Shown here: one piece after another, positions 39,401 through 48,388 of the stretch
How the letters are laid out: the number at the start of each line of letters is the position of its first letter
Position numbering within the stretch: position 1 is the stretch's first letter
NCBI GenBank assembly: GCA_963707025.1
Contig: CAVPOM010000009.1
Span: 288,001-352,000 of the forward strand
DNA from: an uncultured Verrucomicrobiae bacterium
GTDB lineage: Bacteria; Verrucomicrobiota; Verrucomicrobiia; Limisphaerales; Palsa-1400
Direction of reading: 5' to 3'
DNA length: 64,000 bases
Position numbers and translations under genes: made by a program
Notes under the pieces: model-generated
What the model was told of the DNA's origin: nothing
What the model saw: the letters and a program-made list of their open reading frames with translations, nothing else
Databases searched by the model: none

Positions 39401-39903
39401 TTCCCCCGCGCCTCCTCGATCAGTTTCAACACCGTCTCGTTCTCCAGCGGGCCGCACCTCCGGCGCAACGTCTCCGCCTCCACCACCAACCAGCCGGCCC
39501 GCCCCAGCATGACCGCCGCCCCGCCCAGCCAGACCAAGGCAATCCAGGGAGTCCACCGCCCTTGTGGCGTCCTCTCCGCAGGCTCAGGCGCCAACGCCGC
39601 GGCAACATTAGGGGAGGACGCGACCACCCCTGCTGTCGGCGCCTTGACCGCAGCCGCAGATGTGGCACTGGACGATTGGCCAATGGGCCGCCCCTGCAAC
39701 ACAGCCCAGGCAACCATTCCCCCCAGCACCACGGCCAGCAACGCGCCCACGCACCACCGGTAGCGCCTCCCCGGGTCGGTCTTCCCGCGCAAAACCCAAT
39801 ACAATCCCCCGGCGGCCAATCCCCCCAGCCACAACGTGTGCAGCAAGGCCTTGACCACACAAGCCCATTGCTCCGAGGCCAGCGATTGCAGCAGCAGGTT
39901 CAT
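36496..39903 (-). CDS. BlaR1/M56 family peptidase with periplasmic carboxypeptidase-regulatory-like repeats
   Basis: TM helices, LLHELAHIQRGD, FFNPAVWW, REACCD, LKDRIQRLL; repeats GRVVD..G.GLPGA, TD..GRF. Confidence 0.88.
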   Translation of the reverse strand: MNLLLQSLASEQWACVVKALLHTLWLGGLAAGGLYWVLRGKTDPGRRYRWCVGALLAVVLGGMVAWAVLQGRPIGQSSSATSAAAVKAPTAGVVASSPNVAAALAPEPAERTPQGRWTPWIALVWLGGAAVMLGRAGWLVVEAETLRRRCGPLENETVLKLIEEARGKLGLARRIRVVVTGQLTSPAVMGWVAPVLILPLSMVTTLPPGQWQLILLHELAHIQRGDYLVNLGQLLAESLLFFNPAVWWISRQIRQEREACCDAMAIGLAGERLQYARTLAQVAGAALAAAPALADRGNPSGLKDRIQRLLVPGYRPALRLTWCALLAALFVGGGLLVLSALGTRAAVAAILSPQQRIARIEKKMTEFGERPAAQGNAPMDQEGVSVSVHLRTADGSPLPRIKNVLILSLNPKAMAMYSARVAEDGGVTNHRVGRGEILIEADAEGYAPALAGPFEGRATNRVDAGELSLNRGFEVSLQVSDADSGAAVTNAALHTQFVMRTGGQYLQGSRDVRPDAAGGVTLPLCLDQPLIVTVNAPGYEFIDQRFERLSAGQALKVKLQPGKIIAGRVVDEATGEGLPGATLRVIHEAFPAEAHYQWTDPLRLLARTDADGRFTVNQLRRDTKFWLGVSAPGHESVLLEAVPGAKDVLVKLGPELIVRGRVIGNLGGLEWNDGYPALYRTYSEVIENGSWGESEWVPVRVTDGVARFQFTNAVAGPVTLSGGGYEEQREVTAPVEDWVVDLTRPRKKEENNVPKREVVFRFKHPSGVPPRGTVSVTIQDKLERSHNTARAVEMEITNGEVRTEIEIGGGTSIEAKRMVGYWFDRFGKNGSLLSIEVTNGPGPQVVEIPLVPAGAIYAKARNDNGTPAAGLGFGVSELQRAPGVSEATLLGGGSDVFSGDLPRKWVSGPLPLGGTYQVHGWRGNAFCLSVPVKLTEANPDADLELQFPPAKTFDGVVLDPDGKPLADAELGVSFELPKAGSFGLKSVFTDQEGRFHIEDMTPAVGEYALQVKAPGLMAERIKPDFGSQPQTIRLKRGRTLAGRVVEAGTGYALPNVLVFAADFDHLNRLPQLQTRTDGNGRFEFTTLSDANYTLGFGDGQLRPEKKYRADGSTNLVLAVKLYEWSKAKPKAPQEN

Positions 39904-40313
39904 TGTTTTCCTTTCCTGGGAGCGTCCGCCCCGCCTCCGCCCCTTTGTTCATGCCGGGCGATGATCTCCTTGATCTCCTCCAATTCGCGGCCGCTGACCC
40001 GCTCTTCCGCCAGCAGATGTTGCAACGCCGTCGCCGCGCTGCCCCCGAAAACCTGCCGCACCAAGCCGCGCAACAACGGCCCCGCCACCTTCCGGCGCGA
40101 AACCCGCGCCTGATAAACGTGGACATTGCCCTCCGCCACATGCGAGACCAGCCCTTTCTTCTCCATCACCTGCATGACCGACAGGATCGTGGTGTAGGCG
40201 CGCGCCTTGCCGTCCGGCATAACCTCCAGCACCTCCCGCACCGTGGACGGGCCCCGCCCCCACAACACCGACAACACCTGCATTTCCAGCCGCGAAGGCT
40301 CGCGATTTTCCAT
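39900..40313 (-). CDS. BlaI/MecI/CopY family repressor
   Basis: SRLEMQVLSVLW, TVREV, AYTTILSVMQVMEKKGLV, FGGSA; ATGA overlap with the M56 gene. Confidence 0.92.
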   Translation of the reverse strand: MENREPSRLEMQVLSVLWGRGPSTVREVLEVMPDGKARAYTTILSVMQVMEKKGLVSHVAEGNVHVYQARVSRRKVAGPLLRGLVRQVFGGSAATALQHLLAEERVSGRELEEIKEIIARHEQRGGGGADAPRKGKQ

Positions 40314-40333
40314 AAGTTTTTCAGGCTTTTTCT

Positions 40334-40376
40334 CTACTGTAATGCTAGTAGATACTACATCTCTAGTAGATGTCAA
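40334..40376 (-). promoter_or_regulatory. blaI promoter with tandem CTAC..GTAG operator-like sites
   Basis: Minus strand TTGACA followed by TCTACTAGAGATGTAG-TA-TCTACTAGCATTACAGTAG. Confidence 0.65.
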
Positions 40377-40628
40377 GGGCCATCTTTAAAAATTTTCGCC
40401 GGGCGGCCATGCGCCGGTCATGGGCTGGCCGGGAAAGTTGTTCCCTGGCCTCCAAATGCTTTGCGAAAGCGCCGTGGAATGATTTGACAGGGGAAAATGG
40501 GCCGCCTAAAGTCAGCGGCCAGGCACCTTGGCCGCCGGGCCAGACCTGCAGAACACACTACCATGAAGCCGCGTCTCCACCACCCCTTTCCCGGATTTCC
40601 GAATCGTAATTCTAATCCGAAACATCCC

Positions 40629-42601
40629 ATGAAGCCGCGTTTCCTCCTGCCCTTTTTCAGGCTGGCGCTGCTCGCCCTGGCCTTGGCCGCGGCGTCCAGC
40701 GCGCCCTCCCAGGAACCGGTCCCCGCCCCGGTCGAAATCACGATTGATGCCTCTCAAACCGGCGCGCCCATCAACCCGCATATTTACGGACAGTTTATCG
40801 AGCATATGGGCCGGTGCATCTATGGCGGCATCTGGGCGGAGATGCTGGAAGACCGCAAATTCTATTTTCCCGTGCCCGCTCCCGGAGCCATTTGGAAGCA
40901 GACCCGCGCCCAGGCCACCGTGCTGGCCGCTTCGCCCTGGAAAGTCATCGGGCCGCCGGGGACGGTGCAAATGGTGGAAAAGGACGCCTGCGTTGGCCGG
41001 CATTCGCCGCACATCATGGCGCCCGGCGGGGGAGTCACGGTGGGGATCTATCAGGAGGACTTGGGATTGCTCACCAACAAGACCTACACCGGATACGTTG
41101 TCCTGGCGGGGGACGGCAAGGTGGCGCCCGTGACGGTCAGCCTGGCCTGGGGCGCGGGCAGCGCGAACCAGGCGGCGCAAACCATCCGGCATGTCGGCTC
41201 CAAATTTGCCAGGGTGCCTTTCCACTTCACGGTGGGCGGCGCCAGCGACCACGGCCGCCTGGCCATCACCACTTCCGGACAGGGCACGCTCAAGATCGGC
41301 TGCGTCTCCCTCATGCCGGGCGACAATGTTGAAGGCTTCCGCAAGGACACGCTGGACCTGCTCAAGCAACTGGGCGGCACGATTTATCGCTGGCCAGGCG
41401 GCAATTTTGTCAGCGGTTATGACTGGCGCGACGGCGTGGGCGAGCGCGACCAACGGCCCCCCCGCGCCAACCCGGCCTGGGCCGGCCTGGAGCCAAACGA
41501 CGTCGGCCTGGCCGAATTCGCGCGCTTTTGCGAGTTGATCGGCACCGAACCGATGATCGCTGTCAACACGGGTTTCGGCGACGCGTCTTCGGCGGCGGCG
41601 GAGGTCGAATATGCCAACGGCTCCACCGGCACGCCGATGGGGAAATGGCGCGCCCAAAACGGGCATCCCAAGCCCTTCGCCATCCAATGGTGGTGCGTGG
41701 GCAATGAAATGTGGGGCTCCTGGCAACTGGGCTACATGGCCTCCTCCCAATACGTCCTCAAACACAACTGGGTGGAGGAAAAAATGCGCCGGGTGGATCC
41801 CACCATCCGGACCATCGCCAGCGGCAACCTCGGGGCCTGGAGCCGGGCCATGCTGACCAACTGCGCCGATCACATGAATTTGATCAGCGAACATTTCTAC
41901 GTCAACACCAACCTCCCCGACGTGGCCGCGCACATGCAACAAGCGCCCGCCCGCATCAAACGCATCGCCGAGGCCCACCGCCAATACCGCCGCGAAATCC
42001 CCTCTCTCCAGGGCAGGGACATCCGCATCGCCCTGGATGAATGGAACTATGCTTACGGCCCTCATTTCTTCGGCGAGGGGGGCCGGCGCTTTTTCCTCGA
42101 AGACGCCCTGGGCATTGCCGCCGCGCTGCACGAGTGTTTCCGCAACAGCGACCTGATTGACATGGCCAATTACGCCCAGACCGTCAATGTCCTCGGCTGC
42201 GTCAAAACCACCAAAACGCGCGCCGAATTCGATGCCACCGCCTTTCCCCTCCTGCTCTATCGCGCCCAGTTCGGCACCCTCCCGCTGCCGGTGGAAAATC
42301 CGGCCGCGCCCGTGGACATTGCCGCGGCGCTGACCGGTGACAAAAAAACCCTGACCATCGGCGTGGTCAATCCCAAGGGCGCGGCGGTGGCGCTGACCTT
42401 GAACCTGAAATCGGCGCGGATAACCGGTTACGGGAAGGCCTGGCTGATTCTAGGCCGAATCCGCCCGACCCGCTGGCTTTCAACCAGCCCGGCGAGAAGC
42501 GCCAAGTGGACCTGCATGAGTATCCGGCAAACCTGAACTGGCCCGTGACCGTTCCGGCCTATAGCATCGCCCTGTTCCGCTTCCCAGTGGCGCAGGATTA
42601 G
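40629..42601 (+). CDS. Secreted GH51 alpha-L-arabinofuranosidase (frameshift near 42455)
   Basis: IYGQFIEHMGRCIYGG, RWPGGNF, VGNEMWG, ALDEWN, MANYAQTVNV; C-terminus VPAYSIALFRF in a shifted frame. Confidence 0.9.
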
Positions 42602-43053
42602 GAAAATTGGGAACGCGAGTCAGGGGCACTAATGTCAGGATGTTGCAGATTGAATCTGGAGGGCTTAACACACGGACGGATGGTTGAATGAATAATTGTT
42701 GGCTGAGATCGCCATGGCAGCAAACCATTGTGAAAGGATGAAGAAATGAAACCTGTTCTGATCACGATGTTGCTCTGCTCTTTGATTTGGTTGCCGGGTG
42801 TTACAAGGATCCCGCGCCGACGGCCCCGGGCGGCGGCCTGAAACAGCAAGTGCATCTCCCCCTCCGTGGCCTCAGTCGTCTCCTGTTCAAGACGCTTCTT
42901 CATTCTGCGTTTTGCAGTTCGATGGAAGTGGCGAACGGGCGGAGGGGAGCACGGGCGAAAAAAGCCATTTGGCGGCGGTCATAGTCCGCCGCTACAGGCG
43001 GTGGATGCAGGTTTCCGGTTGTCCGATTCCGGGTTATGGTCTATATTAGAAAT

Positions 43054-43329
43054 GTGAGGTTCCGCTGTCCAAATTGTTTGCCGGGCGCGATCGCCATCGT
43101 GTCGTCCATTTTATTTCCCATCTGTTCATCCAGCCAGACCAACCAGACCAAATTCACCCGCCTGTGCGACGAAACCACCGCCACGCCGCCCACGGAAAAA
43201 ATGGCTCCGTCCGCGCCCGGTTTCAAAAACAACGGGACGGCCACGGCAGCCTCCGCCGGCGGCTACGGCCCCTTGAAGAGTGTTGGAGAGCCGGTTGGTT
43301 TACAAAAATGCAAGAGAGATTTTTTATGA
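43054..43329 (+). CDS. Small hypothetical protein coupled to the S53 protease
   Basis: TATATT-6 nt-GTG start; hydrophobic stretch; stop overlaps the protease ATG (ATGA). Confidence 0.35.
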   Translation: MRFRCPNCLPGAIAIVSSILFPICSSSQTNQTKFTRLCDETTATPPTEKMAPSAPGFKNNGTATAASAGGYGPLKSVGEPVGLQKCKRDFL

Positions 43330-46211
43330 CGACTGGCCAGCTCCATTCCCCCCCGGCGGCCCTGCCGTTGAGCGTTGCCCGGAAGGCAGAGGCAAACCAA
43401 TTTTCGGGCGGCCGCCTCGCCGCCACGGCGCTGCTGGCGGCGTGCTGGCTTGGGTTTTCGCTGCCGGCCCAAGCGGCGCAACAGGTGCTCAAAGGCCATG
43501 TGCCGGCGATCACCAAACGGCTCGCGTCCATCGGCCCACTGGAGGGCAGCACGCGCCTGGACCTGGCAATCGGTTTGCCGTTGCGCAACCGCGAGAAACT
43601 GACCAACCTGCTGCAAGAGCTTTATCAGCCGTCGAATGCCAATTTTCGCCACTATTTGACCGCCGGCCAGTTCGCCTCCTCCTTTGGCCCCAGCCGGGAG
43701 GACTACCAGGCGGTGGCTGATTTCGCGAAGTCCCGCGGGCTGATCGTCAAAGGGACCCATCCCAACCGCACTTTGCTGGATGTCAGCGGGTCGGTCGCGG
43801 ACATCGAGAAGGCCTTTCACATCAAGATGCGCGTCTATCAACACCCGGTTGAGAACCGCACTTTTTTCGCTCCGGATGTGGAACCGTCGCTGGACCTGGA
43901 TATTCCCGTGCTGGCCATCAGCGGCCTGGACAATTATGTGCGGCCGCGTCCACCGAAACACCGGTTGGGCGCGCAGGTCCACCCGGCGATCCGTCCGTTG
44001 GGCGGCGGCGGTGGCGGCGGCGGCGGGGGCGGCAACACCGGCCCCTTCGAGGGCTATGATTTCCGCAACGCTTACGCCGCCGGCGTTTCGCAGGACGGCA
44101 CCGGACAGACGGTCGGGCTGTTTGAACTTTTCGGTTTCTCCGCCCAGGACATCCAGGACTTCGAAGACGAGGCCGGCATTTTTCCCTACGTCAACGTGCA
44201 ACCGGTTCCGATTGACGGCGGCCCGGGCGATCCCGCGAACGTTGATTGGATTGATTACCCGGGTTACCTCGATTATTCCTTCGAGGTCACGGGAGACATT
44301 GAAATGGCGATTTCCATGGCGCCGGGGTTGACCAACGTGCTGGTCTATGAAGGTCCCACGCCGCTGGATGTGCCGCCCTTGGGGATAAACTATATCCAAG
44401 ATGCTGCAACGACTGCCCTAATCAACGATGTGCTTAACAGCATGGCCACGGATGACTTGGCCGAGCAACTGAGTTGCTCCTACGGGTTCGATATTAATCT
44501 CTCGACGGTGCAGATATTCCAACAATTTGCCGCGCAAGGTCAGAGCTTCTTTTTAGCCAGTGGCGATAGCGGCGCGTTTCCGGCAGCCATTGACGAACCG
44601 GCCGACGACCCCTATCTCACGGTGGTGGGCGGAACGACGTTGACAACCTCGAGTTCGGATGGCTCGTGGATGTCGGAAACCGCCTGGCTTACGCCGGCGG
44701 GTCCCGACGGCCTGGGTGGTACTACTCCGGAGCAGGCGACGGGCGGCGGTGTGAGTCTCGCTTACGGCATCCCGGCCTGGCAGCAGGGCATCAGCATGAG
44801 CGCCAACCAAGGCTCCACCACCATGCGCAACCTGCCGGACGTCTCCTCGGTGGCCAACAACATAACTATCGTGTGGGGCAACGATTTTATTGGAGCCTCC
44901 TCTGACTGGCCGGAAGGGGGCACCAGCCTGGCTGCCCCCCTCTGGGCGGGTTTCATGGCGCTGGTCAACCAGCAGGCCGCCGCCAACGGCCAGCCCCCAA
45001 TCGGCTTTGCCAATCCCGCCCTTTACGCCATTGGAAAGAGCACCAACTACCATTCCTGCTTTCACGACATTACGACTGGAAACAACTTCAGTGCCAGCAG
45101 TCCAAGCAAGTACTCCGCGACGGCCGGGTATGACCTCTGCACCGGCTGGGGCACGATGATCGGCAGCAATCTGATGCCGGCGCTGCTGGCCCCTCCGGCG
45201 GAAAACCTGGTCGTCTCGCCGCCCGTGGGCTTTACCTCCGTCGGACCTGGCGGCGGGCCTTTTACGGTGGCTTCCCAAACTTACACCCTGACCAATATCG
45301 GCTCGACCCCATTGCATTGGAGCCTCGTCAACACCTCCCTTTGGCTCACCGTTTCCTCGACCGCCGGCACGCTCATGGCCCACGGCGCCTCGACTTGCAC
45401 GGTCGGCCTCAATGCGGCGGCCAGCAATTTTTTGATCGGAAACTACAGCGGCAATGTTGCCATTCTTGACCTGACCGGCGGCATGGCCCAAAACCGGCAA
45501 TTTGATTTGTACGCGGGCAACGGCGGCTTTGAAAGCAGCGACTTCACCGACTGGAACTTTTCCGCCGACACCAACTATACGTTTGTCTTGAGCGCCGATG
45601 ACACGGACGTGGGTGGAACCAACGCGTTGCCGGGCATATCCGATGGGCCATTCGTGCATGCAGGTCTTTATGGCGCCTACCTCGGACAGTATCCCACCAA
45701 TGGTTCCCTCTCCCAAGCCGTGGCCACCAGGCCCGGTCAGGAATACCTGGTATCCTTTTGGTTGACAAGCGTTGCCGACAACCACGGAGCGACGGCCCCG
45801 AACGACTTCGCCGCGCGCTGGAACGGCGCGACCCTCTACGCTCTGACCAACGGGGCCGCCTTCGCCTGGACCAACCTGCAATTCGCCGTTCCTGCCACCG
45901 CCGCCCGCACCACGCTGGAATTTGATTTCGAAAATGTCCCGGCGGCATTTGGCTTGGACGACATCAGCGTGGAAACCGTTCCCGCGCCGGTTTTGCAGTC
46001 AGTCGCCCTGGCCGGCGGCAACATCACGCTCACCTGGAGCGGTCTGGCCAACCTTTCCTATCAGGTTCAGGCGGCCAGCGATTTGATCAATCCCAACTGG
46101 ACGAACATCCCCCCCGCCATAATCGCCCCCGGCAATTTGGTGAGCGCATCTGAGCCTGTGGGCAAGGCATCGCAGCAGTTTTACCGGGTGGTACTGCTGC
46201 CGGCTCACTGA
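43326..46211 (+). CDS. S53 (sedolisin/kumamolisin) protease with pro-domain, BACON-like and C-terminal domains
   Basis: Pro-domain LAIGLPLRN..HYLT..F..FGP; catalytic EVTGDIE, ASGDSG, GGTSLAAP; GYDLCTGWG; tail ..W..YQVQ..W..QQFYRV. Confidence 0.9.
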   Translation: MTTGQLHSPPAALPLSVARKAEANQFSGGRLAATALLAACWLGFSLPAQAAQQVLKGHVPAITKRLASIGPLEGSTRLDLAIGLPLRNREKLTNLLQELYQPSNANFRHYLTAGQFASSFGPSREDYQAVADFAKSRGLIVKGTHPNRTLLDVSGSVADIEKAFHIKMRVYQHPVENRTFFAPDVEPSLDLDIPVLAISGLDNYVRPRPPKHRLGAQVHPAIRPLGGGGGGGGGGGNTGPFEGYDFRNAYAAGVSQDGTGQTVGLFELFGFSAQDIQDFEDEAGIFPYVNVQPVPIDGGPGDPANVDWIDYPGYLDYSFEVTGDIEMAISMAPGLTNVLVYEGPTPLDVPPLGINYIQDAATTALINDVLNSMATDDLAEQLSCSYGFDINLSTVQIFQQFAAQGQSFFLASGDSGAFPAAIDEPADDPYLTVVGGTTLTTSSSDGSWMSETAWLTPAGPDGLGGTTPEQATGGGVSLAYGIPAWQQGISMSANQGSTTMRNLPDVSSVANNITIVWGNDFIGASSDWPEGGTSLAAPLWAGFMALVNQQAAANGQPPIGFANPALYAIGKSTNYHSCFHDITTGNNFSASSPSKYSATAGYDLCTGWGTMIGSNLMPALLAPPAENLVVSPPVGFTSVGPGGGPFTVASQTYTLTNIGSTPLHWSLVNTSLWLTVSSTAGTLMAHGASTCTVGLNAAASNFLIGNYSGNVAILDLTGGMAQNRQFDLYAGNGGFESSDFTDWNFSADTNYTFVLSADDTDVGGTNALPGISDGPFVHAGLYGAYLGQYPTNGSLSQAVATRPGQEYLVSFWLTSVADNHGATAPNDFAARWNGATLYALTNGAAFAWTNLQFAVPATAARTTLEFDFENVPAAFGLDDISVETVPAPVLQSVALAGGNITLTWSGLANLSYQVQAASDLINPNWTNIPPAIIAPGNLVSASEPVGKASQQFYRVVLLPAH

Positions 46212-46400
46212 GTAACGCCGTGGCAAAACGCGGTGATGGGATGAGGAGGACGAAGGACTGATTTTGCCCGCTCTTATTCTGAATCCCGATTTCAACCTCT
46301 CATGACAAAGAATAAGATTAAGACCAGGATGAACATTGAGTGCGGGAACGGTCGCGCCGCCGCCGGAACTAGGGGGGCCGAATTTTTGCGTAAAAAGATG

Positions 46401-46429
46401 TTGACATATAGACAATAATGGGGTAAACA
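46401..46429 (+). promoter_or_regulatory. marR promoter (probably leaderless)
   Basis: TTGACA-17 nt-TAAACA, 6 nt before ATG 46436. Confidence 0.5.
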
Positions 46430-46435
46430 ATCCCC

Positions 46436-46903
46436 ATGAAGAAAAATTCCGATGCCCCCGGCCCGCGCTACCGGGCCTTGCTCCAGATGTTGCGCACGGC
46501 GGACAACCTCTGGAACGCCAGCCGCGTCTTTTTTGGCCGCTGGGACCTCAGCCCCAGCCAGTTCAACGTCCTCAACCTCTTGCACGGGGAACCGGCCGGG
46601 CTGAGCCAGATCGAGATCAGCCGCCTGCTCATCATGCACCGCTCCAACGCCACCGGCCTGATTGACCGCCTGGAGGAGAGGGGCCTGCTCCACCGCCGCG
46701 CCACCCCCGGCGACCGCCGCGCCTGGCGGGTGGTCCTGGCCCCCTCCGCGCGCCAATTGATTGGAGAAATTCTCCCCGGCTATTACCGCCTGGCGGAGGA
46801 GGTTTGGGGCGATCTGCCCGTCGCCCGCGTCAGCCAGCTTCTGGCCGACTTGTCCCGCCTCGACGCCAATCTTGCCCGCCTCGAACCCAAACTGGCCCCA
46901 TGA
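46436..46903 (+). CDS. MarR family transcriptional regulator
   Basis: LSPSQFNVL, SNATGLIDRLEERGLL, DRR. Confidence 0.9.
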   Translation: MKKNSDAPGPRYRALLQMLRTADNLWNASRVFFGRWDLSPSQFNVLNLLHGEPAGLSQIEISRLLIMHRSNATGLIDRLEERGLLHRRATPGDRRAWRVVLAPSARQLIGEILPGYYRLAEEVWGDLPVARVSQLLADLSRLDANLARLEPKLAP

Positions 46904-48162
46904 ACCGCGCCCGCAATTATTTCCTGCTCTTGGCCAGCCAGTTCTGGAGCGCCTTCGGCGACAATTTCATTTTGATCGTGATCCTGGGGCCGATCATGAC
47001 CCAATTCCAGGCCCGCCAAATCACCGCCCAGGCCCAGAGCATCGCCAACATCTATTACACTTGTCTGCTCTTCGTGCCCTACGTTCTGCTGGCGCCCCTG
47101 GCCGGTTACCTGAACGATCGCTTCGCCAAAAACCGCTGGTTGCTGGGCGGCAACGCCGTCAAATTGCTCGGCACGGGCCTGGTCGCCCTCGGCGTCCATT
47201 CTGCGCCGGTCTGGCAGGGCATCGGTTATTTCGTGGTCGGGATCGGGGCCTGCGTTTATTCGCCGGCCAAGTACGGCATCCTGCCGGAAATCCTCCCCGC
47301 GGAACGCCTGGTCAAAGCCAACGGCGCCATGGAATTTCTGACCTTGATCGGCATCCTCACCGGCAGCTTCTTCGGCTCGTTGGCGTTTGACCATTTGCCG
47401 TTGTCACGCTGCTACGCCATCGTGGGCGGCGTTTACGGGCTGTCGCTCGCGCTCAATCTCCTCATGTCCAAAACACCCTCCTATCCCGAGGTGCGGTTGC
47501 GCCACAGCCTGGCCAGCTTTTTCCAAAATCTCGCCGCCCTGTTCTCGCAAAAGCGCCTGGCCCGCATCCTCGTCGGCACGGCCTTGTTTTGGATTTGCGG
47601 CGCGAGCATGAAGATGAACTTCCAGCCCTGGGGCCAGCAAATCCTCAAACTCGAATCCATGACGCAGATCAACCTCCTGGGCCTCTGGCTGAGCCTGGGC
47701 GTCATGGCCGGCAGCATTTTGGCCGGACAACTCTACCGCGTGGGCGATCTCCACGCCGCCCGCCGTCACGGCTGGCTGCTGGCCTGCGCGCTGGGCGCGC
47801 TCGCCCTGGTGGGCAGCCTGATGGACGCCGGCTTCAGCCAGGCCCGGCTCCTGGCCGTGGTCACATTAGTATTGACGGGTCTCTTTGCCGGGCTTTTTCT
47901 GATTCCGTTGAACGCCGCCTTGCAGGACGAGTCGCACAAGGACAAGCTGGGCAAGACCATTGCCACCCAGAACGGTTTTGAGAACCTGGCCATGCTGGGC
48001 GGCGGCGTCACCGCCTTTTGCCAGGTCAAATCCGGATTCAATCCCTCGCAGCTTTTGCTGGCCCTGGCCCTTTTCGTGGCCCTCGTGGTCGTCTGGTTGA
48101 AAATCCCGGCCCGCCCGAACCTGGAGAATGACAAAAAACATGAAGGCATCACCGCCCATTAA
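46900..48162 (+). CDS. lplT: LplT-like MFS lysophospholipid transporter
   Basis: ASQFWSAFGDN, PYVLLAPLAG..DRFAK, YSPAKYGILPE, LVKANG, PLNAALQ, IATQNGFEN; precedes aas. Confidence 0.85.
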   Translation: MNRARNYFLLLASQFWSAFGDNFILIVILGPIMTQFQARQITAQAQSIANIYYTCLLFVPYVLLAPLAGYLNDRFAKNRWLLGGNAVKLLGTGLVALGVHSAPVWQGIGYFVVGIGACVYSPAKYGILPEILPAERLVKANGAMEFLTLIGILTGSFFGSLAFDHLPLSRCYAIVGGVYGLSLALNLLMSKTPSYPEVRLRHSLASFFQNLAALFSQKRLARILVGTALFWICGASMKMNFQPWGQQILKLESMTQINLLGLWLSLGVMAGSILAGQLYRVGDLHAARRHGWLLACALGALALVGSLMDAGFSQARLLAVVTLVLTGLFAGLFLIPLNAALQDESHKDKLGKTIATQNGFENLAMLGGGVTAFCQVKSGFNPSQLLLALALFVALVVVWLKIPARPNLENDKKHEGITAH

Positions 48163-48388
48163 AGAGATTGGGCTTGGGCGGGCTTTGCTCTGCGCCGCCG
48201 GCGCCGTCGCTTGCTTCAGCCTGGCCTATGCCTTCACCAGTTGCGAGTTTTTGATCGCCGGCTTTTTTGCCTGTCTGTTCCCGCTGGCCCGGTTGTCCGT
48301 GGCCGTGACGGCGGCGCTGATGGGATGGCTGGCTGTGGCCGCCCTCCGGAAAAGAATGGAAAATCGTGTTCACCTCTCCTCCCCATGA
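48128..48388 (+). CDS. Small membrane protein between lplT and aas
   Basis: 2-3 hydrophobic segments; overlaps the lplT end and is ATGA-coupled to aas. Confidence 0.5.
   Translation: MTKNMKASPPIKEIGLGRALLCAAGAVACFSLAYAFTSCEFLIAGFFACLFPLARLSVAVTAALMGWLAVAALRKRMENRVHLSSP

Noticed and set aside
36496..40313. Beta-lactam resistance locus
   Set aside because: No penicillin-binding sensor domain and no beta-lactamase nearby.
42602..43040. Small ORF fragments after GH51 (e.g. MKPVLITMLLCSLIW)
   Set aside because: Short, interrupted by repeats, and no recognisable family.
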